A stretch of 64,000 nucleotides of DNA, taken from positions 1,260 to 65,259 of the forward strand of contig CAZWKN010000004.1 in NCBI GenBank assembly GCA_964633995.1, given 5' to 3'. How positions within the stretch are numbered: position 1 is the first letter of the stretch; each line of letters begins with the position of its first letter. Source of the stretch: an uncultured Gammaproteobacteria bacterium. GTDB taxonomy: Bacteria; Patescibacteriota; Microgenomatia; CAZETR01; Amesbacteraceae. The position numbers and the translations under genes were made by a program. This document shows positions 27,952-36,028 of this stretch, piece after piece. The notes below the pieces were generated by a model that searched no databases, had not been told where the DNA came from, and saw only the letters and a list, made by a program, of their open reading frames with translations.

Positions 27952-29179
27952 TGTTGTCTACATATTGTTGGTATTCATCTCGGTAATCCTTGAACAGAGT
28001 GAAACTGGGGGCGGCGGGGGATAATAAGCAAACGGAGTTTTTTGGCGTGTATTCAAAAGCTAATTTGACGGCTTCGGGCATTGAGCCTGTGAACTTCACC
28101 TCGGGGGAGTCCGTTCGGCCACCCCTGAGGTGTTTGGCGCCTTCCAGGTGTTTTTGGACTTCTTGCCAAATACGTTCTCCGGTTATTGGAAATAGAATGA
28201 GGGTTTTGATGCCGGAGGAGATGATTTTTTTAGCTAATTCTTCGTAGTTTTGGTGGCGGTCGTGGCCGCCAGCTATTAAGGTTGTGGGGTGCAAAGTGTC
28301 GATAGCGGCAATGGTGGCTTCGGGAATGGTGGCCAGAGTATCGGCGTAAAATTTGATATTATTTTTTTCGGCGACAAGTTCTAGTCGGGTTTCCAGGGGC
28401 TGGAACAATTTTATTGAATTGAGAATGAATTGGCGGGGAATACCTAGGAGTTCGCCAATAATTATGCTGGGTTTGATATTGTATAGATTGTGTTCGCCCA
28501 ACAGTTGAGATTCGATCGGCTCGGGGGTAATAAGAATTTTTTTGGCTTTGGTTTGGATATCAGGTCTGGTTATTAGGTAATCTGACGTTGTTTGGTATTT
28601 GGTAATATTTAATTTGGCGTTTTTGTATTCTTCGAAATCGTTGTGATAATCAAGATGATCGGGATAAATATTTTGTAAGACGGCGATGTGAGGAGAGACT
28701 GTTAAGTCTAATAATTGATACGAAGAAAGTTCACAGACTACCCAAGTTTCAGGTGTAATTTCATCTAGGTAATCTAAAGCGGGTTTTCCAATATTACCGA
28801 CCAAAACCGTGGGAAAGTGATCTTTGAGAACATGATAAATTAGAGAGGTAGTTGTGGATTTGCCTTTGGTGCCAGTGACGCCAATTGTATTTTTACTGGG
28901 GCAGACTTCGAAAAAGATTTGCATGTGAGAAGTAAATATAATTCCGGCTTTTTTAGCGGCAATGATTTCAGGTTTGTGAGGAGAGATGCCGGGGGTCTTA
29001 ATTACTAATTTGTAATTTCTAATTTCTAATAGATAGTTCGGATTGTCTATTTGATCGACATGGTCGATTTGTAAATAAGGGAATTTTTTGTGGAGAAAAT
29101 TGTAAGTGGATTGACCCTCGCGGGCGAAGCCCAAGATAAGAATTTTGTCTAGTTTGGATATTTGATCAAGAATTGGCAT
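27902..29179 (-). CDS. murD: UDP-N-acetylmuramoylalanine-D-glutamate ligase (MurD-type)
   Basis: Rossmann N-domain KILILGFAREGQS, P-loop GVTGTKGKSTTTSL and a Mur-ligase C-domain. Start set at the MPILDQ ATG just after the upstream stop. It could instead be an L-Glu-adding MurD2 (see findings). Confidence 0.85.
   Translation of the reverse strand: MPILDQISKLDKILILGFAREGQSTYNFLHKKFPYLQIDHVDQIDNPNYLLEIRNYKLVIKTPGISPHKPEIIAAKKAGIIFTSHMQIFFEVCPSKNTIGVTGTKGKSTTTSLIYHVLKDHFPTVLVGNIGKPALDYLDEITPETWVVCELSSYQLLDLTVSPHIAVLQNIYPDHLDYHNDFEEYKNAKLNITKYQTTSDYLITRPDIQTKAKKILITPEPIESQLLGEHNLYNIKPSIIIGELLGIPRQFILNSIKLFQPLETRLELVAEKNNIKFYADTLATIPEATIAAIDTLHPTTLIAGGHDRHQNYEELAKKIISSGIKTLILFPITGERIWQEVQKHLEGAKHLRGGRTDSPEVKFTGSMPEAVKLAFEYTPKNSVCLLSPAAPSFTLFKDYRDEYQQYVDNITQHQSPLDAPSSQTH
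28999..29033. repeat. heptamer tandem array (taattac taatttg taatttc taatttc taataga) inside murD
   Basis: Five 7-nt units in frame within the murD coding sequence. Confidence 0.85.
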
Positions 29180-30329
29180 AGGCTTGGTGTAATATTTTCT
29201 CAAATTTGTCTGGCATATTGGGATTGTCCTGCCAGGAGGTAAGAATTGGGGCGAGGTTTTTGTCAAGAACAGCTTGGGCTTCGGCTCGGGTTAAGATGCA
29301 CTCGAAAGGTTTTACAATTGTAAGTTGGCTCATTTCTGACTTTGTCGGGAATCTACCAATGATTTTTACGATTTGATCGTGAGATAAAAATGGTTTTAGG
29401 AGAAGTGCGGTGGAAATGCATTTGGGACAATGGCCGCACCAGGAATTTTGTTTTTGATTTTTATTGCAACTTCTGAATTGGTCGAAATACTGGGGCATAT
29501 TGGAGAAGAGTTTGGTAATTTGGAGCTCGTAGAGTGGTCGGAGGAAGGAGAAATAGTTAACAGTTGGCAGTTGCCAGTTGTCAGTTAAGTTCTTTATATA
29601 GTTATTAAAGTCTGTTTCGAATTCGAGGGTTTTGCTGTATTGATGATTAATGGTGTGACCCAGGTATTCTACATTGCCTTCTTCGGAACTTTTTTCGCTT
29701 GATACAGCGATGTATTTGTAGCCCGGAATTAGAAAAATAAAAGCTAAAATTGCGGAGTAGGGAATATGACCTTTAAGAAAACCAGGACCGGTGATTTGAG
29801 GGTCGAGAATGCGGCGGACGATGATTGAATTCGGAAACATTTTTTCGCTAGCCGGAGTAGTGGGGTAAACGATAATTGGTTTGACATCGAAGTGATTTTT
29901 TAATAATTCATAAGTGACAATTGAGTCCTTCCCGCCCCCGATGGGAATGAGTACTTTGTCATTCATGGTCATACGATTGGCATTCGTAGGCATACGGTTG
30001 CCAAAGGAAGAAATTTTTAGAAAATCCTTTTTTGTGAAGTCGATTTTGTTTTCGTAAAAATATTGACCCATTCCTTTGAGAGTCAGTTTATGCCAGAAAG
30101 CGACCTGACTGGGAGTGAGATAGCCGGCGCGGATTTCGATTTCGGGAGAGCAGAAGAGTTTCCAATAGGAAAACATTTCGGCAATTCCCAGATGAAATAT
30201 GAAAGGAGAGTTGAGACTTGAGATATTTTCAAATATTACTTGGTGGGTGAAGCGATATTCGCCAGCTGAGTAGTTAAATTTGAATGTGTTGCCTTCAATG
30301 GAATAAGAGTTATAAACAAAAGTAGTCAT
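29166..30329 (-). CDS. PP-loop superfamily ATP pyrophosphatase, QueC-like, with roughly 120-aa N-terminal extension; function unknown
   Basis: PP-loop SGGxDS as LIPIGGGKDSIVTYELL. C-terminal Cys cluster SWCGHCPKC resembling the QueC Zn site. Start overlaps the murC stop (ATGA), and its stop lies 10 nt before the murD start. Confidence 0.7.
   Translation of the reverse strand: MTTFVYNSYSIEGNTFKFNYSAGEYRFTHQVIFENISSLNSPFIFHLGIAEMFSYWKLFCSPEIEIRAGYLTPSQVAFWHKLTLKGMGQYFYENKIDFTKKDFLKISSFGNRMPTNANRMTMNDKVLIPIGGGKDSIVTYELLKNHFDVKPIIVYPTTPASEKMFPNSIIVRRILDPQITGPGFLKGHIPYSAILAFIFLIPGYKYIAVSSEKSSEEGNVEYLGHTINHQYSKTLEFETDFNNYIKNLTDNWQLPTVNYFSFLRPLYELQITKLFSNMPQYFDQFRSCNKNQKQNSWCGHCPKCISTALLLKPFLSHDQIVKIIGRFPTKSEMSQLTIVKPFECILTRAEAQAVLDKNLAPILTSWQDNPNMPDKFEKILHQAYANS
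29554..29588. repeat. heptamer tandem array (tagttaa cagttgg cagttgc cagttgt cagttaa) inside the PP-loop gene
   Basis: Five units, with the last position of the unit drifting. Confidence 0.85.
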
Positions 30330-31618
30330 AAATTTTCTAAAATTTGACGGGAAAGTTTGTAACTATTGCCCGAGCCCATGACTAAAATTACATCACCAGG
30401 TCGGGTTTCGGTTTTTAGGGTGTTAATAATGTCTGGAAACTCTGGAATATAGCGCCCCCCTGCAACTTTGGCGATGTCTGCTCCCGAAAAATCTCCGGGG
30501 TCGGTTTCACGCGAAGCGTAGATTTTGGAGACAATGACAGAGTCTGCCTGGATCAACGAATGGTGGACATCCGTTAAGACCGCTCGAAGTCTGGAGAAGG
30601 TATGAGGTTCGATGACGGCAAATATTTTAGAGTTGGGATTTTGCTCTTTTACCCCAGCTATACTTGCTGCAAAAGCAGTTGGGTGGTTGGCGTAGTCGTC
30701 GTAAACTTTGATGCCGTTTTTCTCGCCCAGAAGTTGAATACGTCTATCGATTCCAGTGAAATTTGTGAGTGCTTGATTGGTGATGTGATCGGACACATTA
30801 AGAAGTCGAGCTAATTTAATGACACCTAAGGCATTTGATTTGTTGTGGTTACCAGGGACGCCTAAATTGCGGTCGAATTCAGATAGGGTGTAGGAAATTG
30901 AATTCTTGGGTAGTTCAAGTTTGTGAATAAGGGGGGAATCTGTATTGTAAATTAACGTGCCCCCGGGTTTTAGATTGTTTATGAATTTTTGGAATGATTC
31001 TAGTAGTCGATCTATGGTGTGGAAATATTCAGGATGGTCCATCTCGATATTGTTTAAGATGATAACGTCGGGTTTGTATGTGGCGAAGTTGTCGTAAAAT
31101 TCGTCAGCCTCTGAAATAAAATATTTACTTTTGCCGATGCGGACATTTGAGTGCCAGATGGGAACCGTAGCTCCGACTTCTACGGTCGGGTCAAGGCCGG
31201 CTGCTTCTAATAGTAAGCCTGCCATAGTAGTGGTAGTAGATTTTCCGTGAGTACCGGCGACGCAAATTAAATATTTATTTTTGTGTAAATAGTTGCCCAT
31301 GAATTCTTGCCAGGTCGTGAGAATATTTTTTTGCTTGGCAAGGATCACTTCTGGATGGGCGTCGTTTTGGTAAAAAACGGCTGGAGTGACAGCTAAAATA
31401 TCGACGTCTTTCAAGTGGTCGGCAGAGTGGCCTTGGTGGATGCTAGATGCTAGATCCTTGATTTTAGAAATATAGGGAGTATCTAAATTCAGGTCGCAGC
31501 CGGATATTTCGTAGCCTTGGGCGTGGGCAATCTGGGCAACTGCAGACATGCCTGATCCACCTATGCCCATGAAGTGGATTTTTTTGGGATTTGACACGGA
31601 GATATTATACAATGGCAC
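30326..31618 (-). CDS. murC: UDP-N-acetylmuramate-L-alanine ligase
   Basis: KIHFMGIGGSGMSAVA N-domain, P-loop AGTHGKSTTT, and a Mur-ligase C-domain. Confidence 0.9.
   Translation of the reverse strand: MPLYNISVSNPKKIHFMGIGGSGMSAVAQIAHAQGYEISGCDLNLDTPYISKIKDLASSIHQGHSADHLKDVDILAVTPAVFYQNDAHPEVILAKQKNILTTWQEFMGNYLHKNKYLICVAGTHGKSTTTTMAGLLLEAAGLDPTVEVGATVPIWHSNVRIGKSKYFISEADEFYDNFATYKPDVIILNNIEMDHPEYFHTIDRLLESFQKFINNLKPGGTLIYNTDSPLIHKLELPKNSISYTLSEFDRNLGVPGNHNKSNALGVIKLARLLNVSDHITNQALTNFTGIDRRIQLLGEKNGIKVYDDYANHPTAFAASIAGVKEQNPNSKIFAVIEPHTFSRLRAVLTDVHHSLIQADSVIVSKIYASRETDPGDFSGADIAKVAGGRYIPEFPDIINTLKTETRPGDVILVMGSGNSYKLSRQILENL
31439..31466. repeat. heptamer array (gatgcta gatgcta gatcctt gatttta) inside murC
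   Basis: Four 7-nt units. Confidence 0.75.
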
Positions 31619-31619
31619 T

Positions 31620-32660
31620 ATGCACTTCTACCTGGGATTAGTAATTTTGGCCTTTTTGGTTACGTCAGGGCTAATGGTACCGTTTATAGGTCTGTTATAT
31701 AAGCTGAGGTTTACTAGGAAAACAGAACTTAATGAGGTGAGAAAATCTGCTACAAAAGCTTTTTTGGCAATTAGGCAGATGCATGCAGTTAAGGCTGGGG
31801 TGCCGACCGGGGGTGGGATTTTGGTGGCGTTGGTGGTGGTTGTATTGTTTGCGTTTGCGTTTATGTTCCGAGAAGGGGAAGGGTCCATGGGGCCGTTGTC
31901 TGGCTATAATTTCTGGGGTGAAGTAGGTGCTTTGGTTGTGACATTTTTAGGGTTTGGGCTGTTGGGTTTTTACGACGATGTTATTAAAATTTTTGGATTT
32001 GCCAAAAGTAATTTTTTTGGGCTTAGGATGCGGCATAAACTGATGTTCCAGGTGGTTTTGGGGATGATTTCTGCGGGAATTTTGTGGTTGGGATTGGGAA
32101 TAGATATTGTGAATATTCCGTATATGGGGGCGGTTCATTTGGGTTGGTGGTATTTTCCCTTGGCTACTTTTTTAATTGTCGGGTTTGCGAATGCGTTTGA
32201 TTTTACGGATGGATTGGATGGATTATCGTGTGGCTTACTTATGGTTTGCCTATTGGCCTTTTGGGTTATTTCGGTTGCAGCACTAGACCATGTGCTTTCG
32301 GTTTTTATAGCACTATGGTTGGGGGGATTACTTGCTTTTTTGTATTTCAATATTTTTCCGGCTCGAATAATGCTTGGAAACATGGGAGGGCTAGCGTTTG
32401 GGGCAACTTTGGCAGTGGTCGGGTTGCTGTCTGGAAAAATGGTTGCTATGTTGGTAATTGGGGGTGTGTTTTTGGCAGAGGGAATGAGTAGTTTGTTGCA
32501 GTTGTTTAGCAAAAAATTTATGAAAAAACGACTATTTCCGATTGCACCACTCCATCATTGGTTGCAGTTGATCGGCTGGGAAGAGCCGAAAATTGTAGCT
32601 CGGGCGTGGCTGGTTGGATTGATGTTGGCAATATTTGGTGTTTGGCTGGCGTTTTTATGA
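31620..32660 (+). CDS. mraY: phospho-N-acetylmuramoyl-pentapeptide transferase
   Basis: MraY signature loops (NAFDFTDGLDGL, GNMGGLAFGATLA, APLHHWL). Start set at the MHFYLG ATG. The annotated upstream ATG would overlap divergent murC by 70 nt. Confidence 0.85.
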   Translation: MHFYLGLVILAFLVTSGLMVPFIGLLYKLRFTRKTELNEVRKSATKAFLAIRQMHAVKAGVPTGGGILVALVVVVLFAFAFMFREGEGSMGPLSGYNFWGEVGALVVTFLGFGLLGFYDDVIKIFGFAKSNFFGLRMRHKLMFQVVLGMISAGILWLGLGIDIVNIPYMGAVHLGWWYFPLATFLIVGFANAFDFTDGLDGLSCGLLMVCLLAFWVISVAALDHVLSVFIALWLGGLLAFLYFNIFPARIMLGNMGGLAFGATLAVVGLLSGKMVAMLVIGGVFLAEGMSSLLQLFSKKFMKKRLFPIAPLHHWLQLIGWEEPKIVARAWLVGLMLAIFGVWLAFL

Positions 32661-33811
32661 TGAGAAGGTTAAAAAATTTGTGGCATTTGATGCATGCGTG
32701 GTATTGGGTGATTAGATGTGGATATCCGGCTAAGGATTTGTATGTAATAGGCGTGACTGGAACGGATGGTAAAACGACAACGACGACTTTGATATATGAA
32801 ATTCTAAAAGCGGCGGGTTTTAAAGTTGGGTATTTGACTACGGTTAATTCACACGGTTTGCATACTACAAATCCAGGTCCGGAAGAATTACAACCAATGT
32901 TGGCGGAAATGAAAAACTCTGGAATAACTCATGTAGTGTTAGAAGTTACCAGTCATGGACTAGATCAAAACAGAGTGGTGGGGTGTAATTTTAAAATTGG
33001 GGTTTTAACTAATATTACACATGAACATTTGGATTATCATGGGACGATGGAAAAATATATCGCAGCAAAATTGAAGTTGTTTAAGAAAGTTAAGTATGCG
33101 GTATTGCCAAGTTTTCAGTTTTCAGTTTTCAATTCTCAGTTAAATACAAATGTACAAAGTGTTAAATACGATAAAACGGCAATAAAGAATGTTAGTCCGG
33201 CTCTGGAGGGGGATTATAATAAATATAATATTGGAGCAGCAGCCGCCGTGGCAGACATATTAAAAATTGATAAGTCATTAAGTCATAAAGTCATTAGGTC
33301 ATTTTCTGGGGTGGAGGGGAGACGGCAGGAGGTGGATGTGGGGCAAAAGTTTAGGGTAATTGTAGATTTTGCACATACGCCCAATGCGTTGGAACAAGTA
33401 TTAAAATCGTTTCGGAGCAGTCGAGGTAGGTTGATTGTAGTATTTGGGTGTACCGGGGAGAGGGATAAAGCGAAAAGACCTATGATGGGGCAAGTAGCTG
33501 TGGAACTGGCGGATGAGGTAATAATAACCTCAGACGATACCCGATCGGAGAATCAGGACACTATATACAATCAGATAGTATCAGGGATTAAGTATCAAGA
33601 ATTAAGCATGAGGAAAATACATAAAATTAACGATAGGAGAACGGCAATCGAGGAGGCGATAAAAATGGCTAAACCAAACGATACTGTTTTGTTGGCCGGA
33701 AAGGGGCACGAGAAGTCAATTTTGATTGGCAAAACTGAGGTGCCGTGGTCTGATGTTGAGGAAGCTAAGCGGGCAATCCTTCCTGCCGGCAGGCAGGTTT
33801 TGCATAAGTAA
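32657..33811 (+). CDS. murE: MurE-like Mur ligase lacking the N-terminal UDP-binding domain (384 aa)
   Basis: P-loop GVTGTDGKTTTT only about 35 aa from the start. Middle domain THEHLDYHG. C-domain DFAHTPNA, VFGCTGERDKAKRPMMG, TSDDTRSE (DNPR-equivalent). ATGA overlap with the mraY stop. Confidence 0.75.
   Translation: MMRRLKNLWHLMHAWYWVIRCGYPAKDLYVIGVTGTDGKTTTTTLIYEILKAAGFKVGYLTTVNSHGLHTTNPGPEELQPMLAEMKNSGITHVVLEVTSHGLDQNRVVGCNFKIGVLTNITHEHLDYHGTMEKYIAAKLKLFKKVKYAVLPSFQFSVFNSQLNTNVQSVKYDKTAIKNVSPALEGDYNKYNIGAAAAVADILKIDKSLSHKVIRSFSGVEGRRQEVDVGQKFRVIVDFAHTPNALEQVLKSFRSSRGRLIVVFGCTGERDKAKRPMMGQVAVELADEVIITSDDTRSENQDTIYNQIVSGIKYQELSMRKIHKINDRRTAIEEAIKMAKPNDTVLLAGKGHEKSILIGKTEVPWSDVEEAKRAILPAGRQVLHK
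33110..33144. repeat. heptamer array (agttttc x3, aattctc, agttaaa) inside murE
   Basis: Encodes PSFQFSVFNSQ in an interdomain region. Confidence 0.85.
33271..33302. repeat. octamer array (taagtcat taagtcat aaagtcat taggtcat) inside murE
   Basis: Four 8-nt units encoding DKSLSHKVIRSF. Confidence 0.85.
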
Positions 33812-33838
33812 TTTTCATATGTTAAGGTTTTAGGGCTT

Positions 33839-34933
33839 ATGAACAGAGGATTAAGAGTTGTGTTGTCAGATGTGCGGCTGTACGTGCGTTTATGGTCCCG
33901 ATATTTATTTAGAAAAGGCTATGGGAGTTTTGCTGGGTTTGAGAAAATTAAGGGTTTTGTAGCATCCAGTCTGTATCGACAAAGGGGAAGGTTTGCCAGG
34001 CCTTTTGTACACACTGCTATGGGAGCTATTGTGGCTATGGGGGTGGCGTTGGCTCCAGTTTTGGCAAATTCTTTTCCGGGCATTGAAAACACTCAGGTGA
34101 GTGAAAGTTTGCAGTCTTCTGGAATTATGGAGATAACTGATGATGGAACAGCAACAGTGGTGTCTGACAAGGTACGCGATAAGGTAATGGAGTATGTAGT
34201 TCAGACAGGAGATACTGTAACGGCGATCGCTTTGAAATTTGGGGTTTCCGCTGATACGATCAGGTGGGAAAACGGTTTGGTTTCGGCCAATGAGATTAAG
34301 CCGGGTCAAACACTCAGGATTCTTCCGGTGACTGGTGTCAGGCATAAGGTGGCCAGGGGAGAGACTATTTATACCATTGCAAAAAAGTATGACGCCAATC
34401 CACAGGCGGTCGTCGATTTTCCGTTCAACACTTTTTCCGATAATGAATCGTTTGCTTTGGCGGTGGGGCAAGATCTGATTGTGCCGGATGGTAAAAAAAC
34501 GGACGAGATTCCCTGGTCCCCGCAGTTGTACGTGACACAAAAGACTCCGAATGCAGGAGCTGTGTCGGCCACTGGTAATTTTGTTTGGCCGATGGGTGGG
34601 GTAATTACACAGTATTTTTCCTGGTACCATAGGGGTATTGATATTGCTACCGGATTTGGAACGCCAATTGTGGCGGCTGATGCTGGAAAGGTGGTCGTGG
34701 CTGGGTGGCCTGATAACTCGGGTTATGGAAATCGGGTGGTAATAGATCATGGAAATGGTTATCAGACTTGGTATGCGCACATGTCTAAGATTTTTGTGAC
34801 AACAGGCCAAACTGTGACCAGGGGTGCTCAGTTGGGGCTGGAGGGGTCTACTGGGCGGTCAACAGGGCCTCATTTGCACTTTGAGGTTAGATACAAAGGG
34901 GTCAACCAAAGTCCTCTAAATTACCTTAAGTAG
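33839..34933 (+). CDS. LysM-domain M23-family peptidoglycan endopeptidase
   Basis: Two LysM repeats (YVVQTGDTVTAIALKFGVS, HKVARGETIYTIAKKYDAN) and the M23 HxxxD/HxH core (HRGIDIA...DHGNGYQTWYAHM). Confidence 0.85.
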   Translation: MNRGLRVVLSDVRLYVRLWSRYLFRKGYGSFAGFEKIKGFVASSLYRQRGRFARPFVHTAMGAIVAMGVALAPVLANSFPGIENTQVSESLQSSGIMEITDDGTATVVSDKVRDKVMEYVVQTGDTVTAIALKFGVSADTIRWENGLVSANEIKPGQTLRILPVTGVRHKVARGETIYTIAKKYDANPQAVVDFPFNTFSDNESFALAVGQDLIVPDGKKTDEIPWSPQLYVTQKTPNAGAVSATGNFVWPMGGVITQYFSWYHRGIDIATGFGTPIVAADAGKVVVAGWPDNSGYGNRVVIDHGNGYQTWYAHMSKIFVTTGQTVTRGAQLGLEGSTGRSTGPHLHFEVRYKGVNQSPLNYLK

Positions 34934-35047
34934 GGCCAATTTGCTATAATGCTGGTAGACCCAGGTAGAAGTCCTTCTGGATATTAGGTTTCCCAGAGGC
35001 TAATAGGACCGGGGAATCTATAAACCAGAAGGAGGTGACCGACTAAA

Positions 35048-35320
35048 ATGCAAGATCAAACATTAACATGCAAAGATTGTGGTAAGCCATTCGTTTGGAC
35101 AGCTGGAGAGCAAAAATTCTATCAAGAGAAAGGATTTACGAATCCTCCAACTCGATGCCCAGAGTGTCGGCAGAAAAAGAAATCTGACATGCAGGGTGGA
35201 AGAGCGAGCTTCCCAATCACTTGTAGCAATTGTGGAAAACAAGACACTGTGCCGTTTGAACCGAAAGGTGACAGGCCAGTTTTGTGCCGCGATTGTTTCA
35301 AAAACAGCAAACAAGGTTAA
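35048..35320 (+). CDS. duplicated zinc-ribbon protein (zf-trcl-like)
   Basis: CKDCGKPFVWTAGEQKFYQEKGFTNPPTRCPECR followed by a second C-x2-C...C-x2-C unit. Confidence 0.6.
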   Translation: MQDQTLTCKDCGKPFVWTAGEQKFYQEKGFTNPPTRCPECRQKKKSDMQGGRASFPITCSNCGKQDTVPFEPKGDRPVLCRDCFKNSKQG

Positions 35321-35345
35321 ATCCTTGTGGCTGGATAAAAATTAA

Positions 35346-35375
35346 ACCCCCCGATGTACATCGGGGGGTTTTGTG
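35346..35375 (+). terminator. rho-independent terminator
   Basis: ccccccgatgtacatcgggggg hairpin followed by TTTTGT. Confidence 0.6.
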
Positions 35376-35379
35376 TCGG

Positions 35380-35452
35380 TGGACCCTAGGGGATTCGAAC
35401 CCCTTGCCTTCTCTATGCCATAGAGACGCTCTACCAAGTGAGCTAAGGGCCC
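35380..35452 (-). tRNA. tRNA-Ala (anticodon GGC)
   Basis: Reverse complement GGGCCCTTAGCTCACTTGGTAGAGCGTCTCTATGGCATAGAGAAGGCAAGGGGTTCGAATCCCCTAGGGTCCA. G3:U70 pair, loop aTGGCAt, canonical T-loop. Confidence 0.85.
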
Positions 35453-35503
35453 AGGAGTTTAATTTTACCAGATTGGGCCTGAATGTTTTGAGGGGATGCG
35501 AGT

Positions 35504-35800
35504 TTATTGAGATCTTCTGGCGCCGGGAATCATGCTGAGTGCTGCGATGAAGGTTGCTCCGGCTCCGGTAGCAAGGATTTGAACAGCTGCGTCTCCATGT
35601 TCAGCTACTACTCTTAGAATTCCAAAGGATAAAACTGGTCCTGGTGCGGTGGCTAATATTCTTATGGACTCTATTATGTTGTGGGACTGGGCAAGGGTGT
35701 CAATTCCTAAGGAAAGGCTAGTTGCTGCTATGCCGATCCAAGCTGCGGCTAGGGGCAATAGCGGTAATAAGGCTCGCCTTTCGACTTCTGCGTTACTCAT
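35504..35800 (-). CDS. small membrane protein (about 98 aa), hypothetical
   Basis: ORF between the two tRNA-Ala genes. Two hydrophobic helices, higher local GC. Start taken at MSNAEVERR. Confidence 0.4.
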   Translation of the reverse strand: MSNAEVERRALLPLLPLAAAWIGIAATSLSLGIDTLAQSHNIIESIRILATAPGPVLSFGILRVVAEHGDAAVQILATGAGATFIAALSMIPGARRSQ

Positions 35801-35926
35801 TGTCCTATAGTATACCAATATTTGGGGTTTTCGTCAAGTTTGGTGGACCATGGGGGAATCAGCTGCGGCCTGCACAGCAGCCCCGTATCCGCAATTTACC
35901 TACTATCTAATCTAGTGCGAATGTTG

Positions 35927-35997
35927 TGGACCCAGCCGGAATCGGACCGGCGACTGGTCGATGCGAACGACCTGGTATACCACTTGCCTATGGGCCC
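35927..35997 (-). tRNA. tRNA-Ala-like (anticodon CGC), possibly degenerate
   Basis: Reverse complement gggcccataggcaagtggtataccaggtcgttcgcatcgaccagtcgccggtccgattccggctgggtcca. G3:U70 pair and anticodon loop tTCGCAt. However, the T-loop is TCCGATT (C55) and the D-stem has a C.A mismatch. Confidence 0.5.
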
Positions 35998-36028
35998 TAT
36001 AGAGTTATTTTATCAAAATAGGAAGCGA

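Noticed and set aside
33905-34810. 301-aa minus-strand ORF
   Set aside because: Antisense to the LysM-M23 peptidase gene, with biased composition and no motifs.
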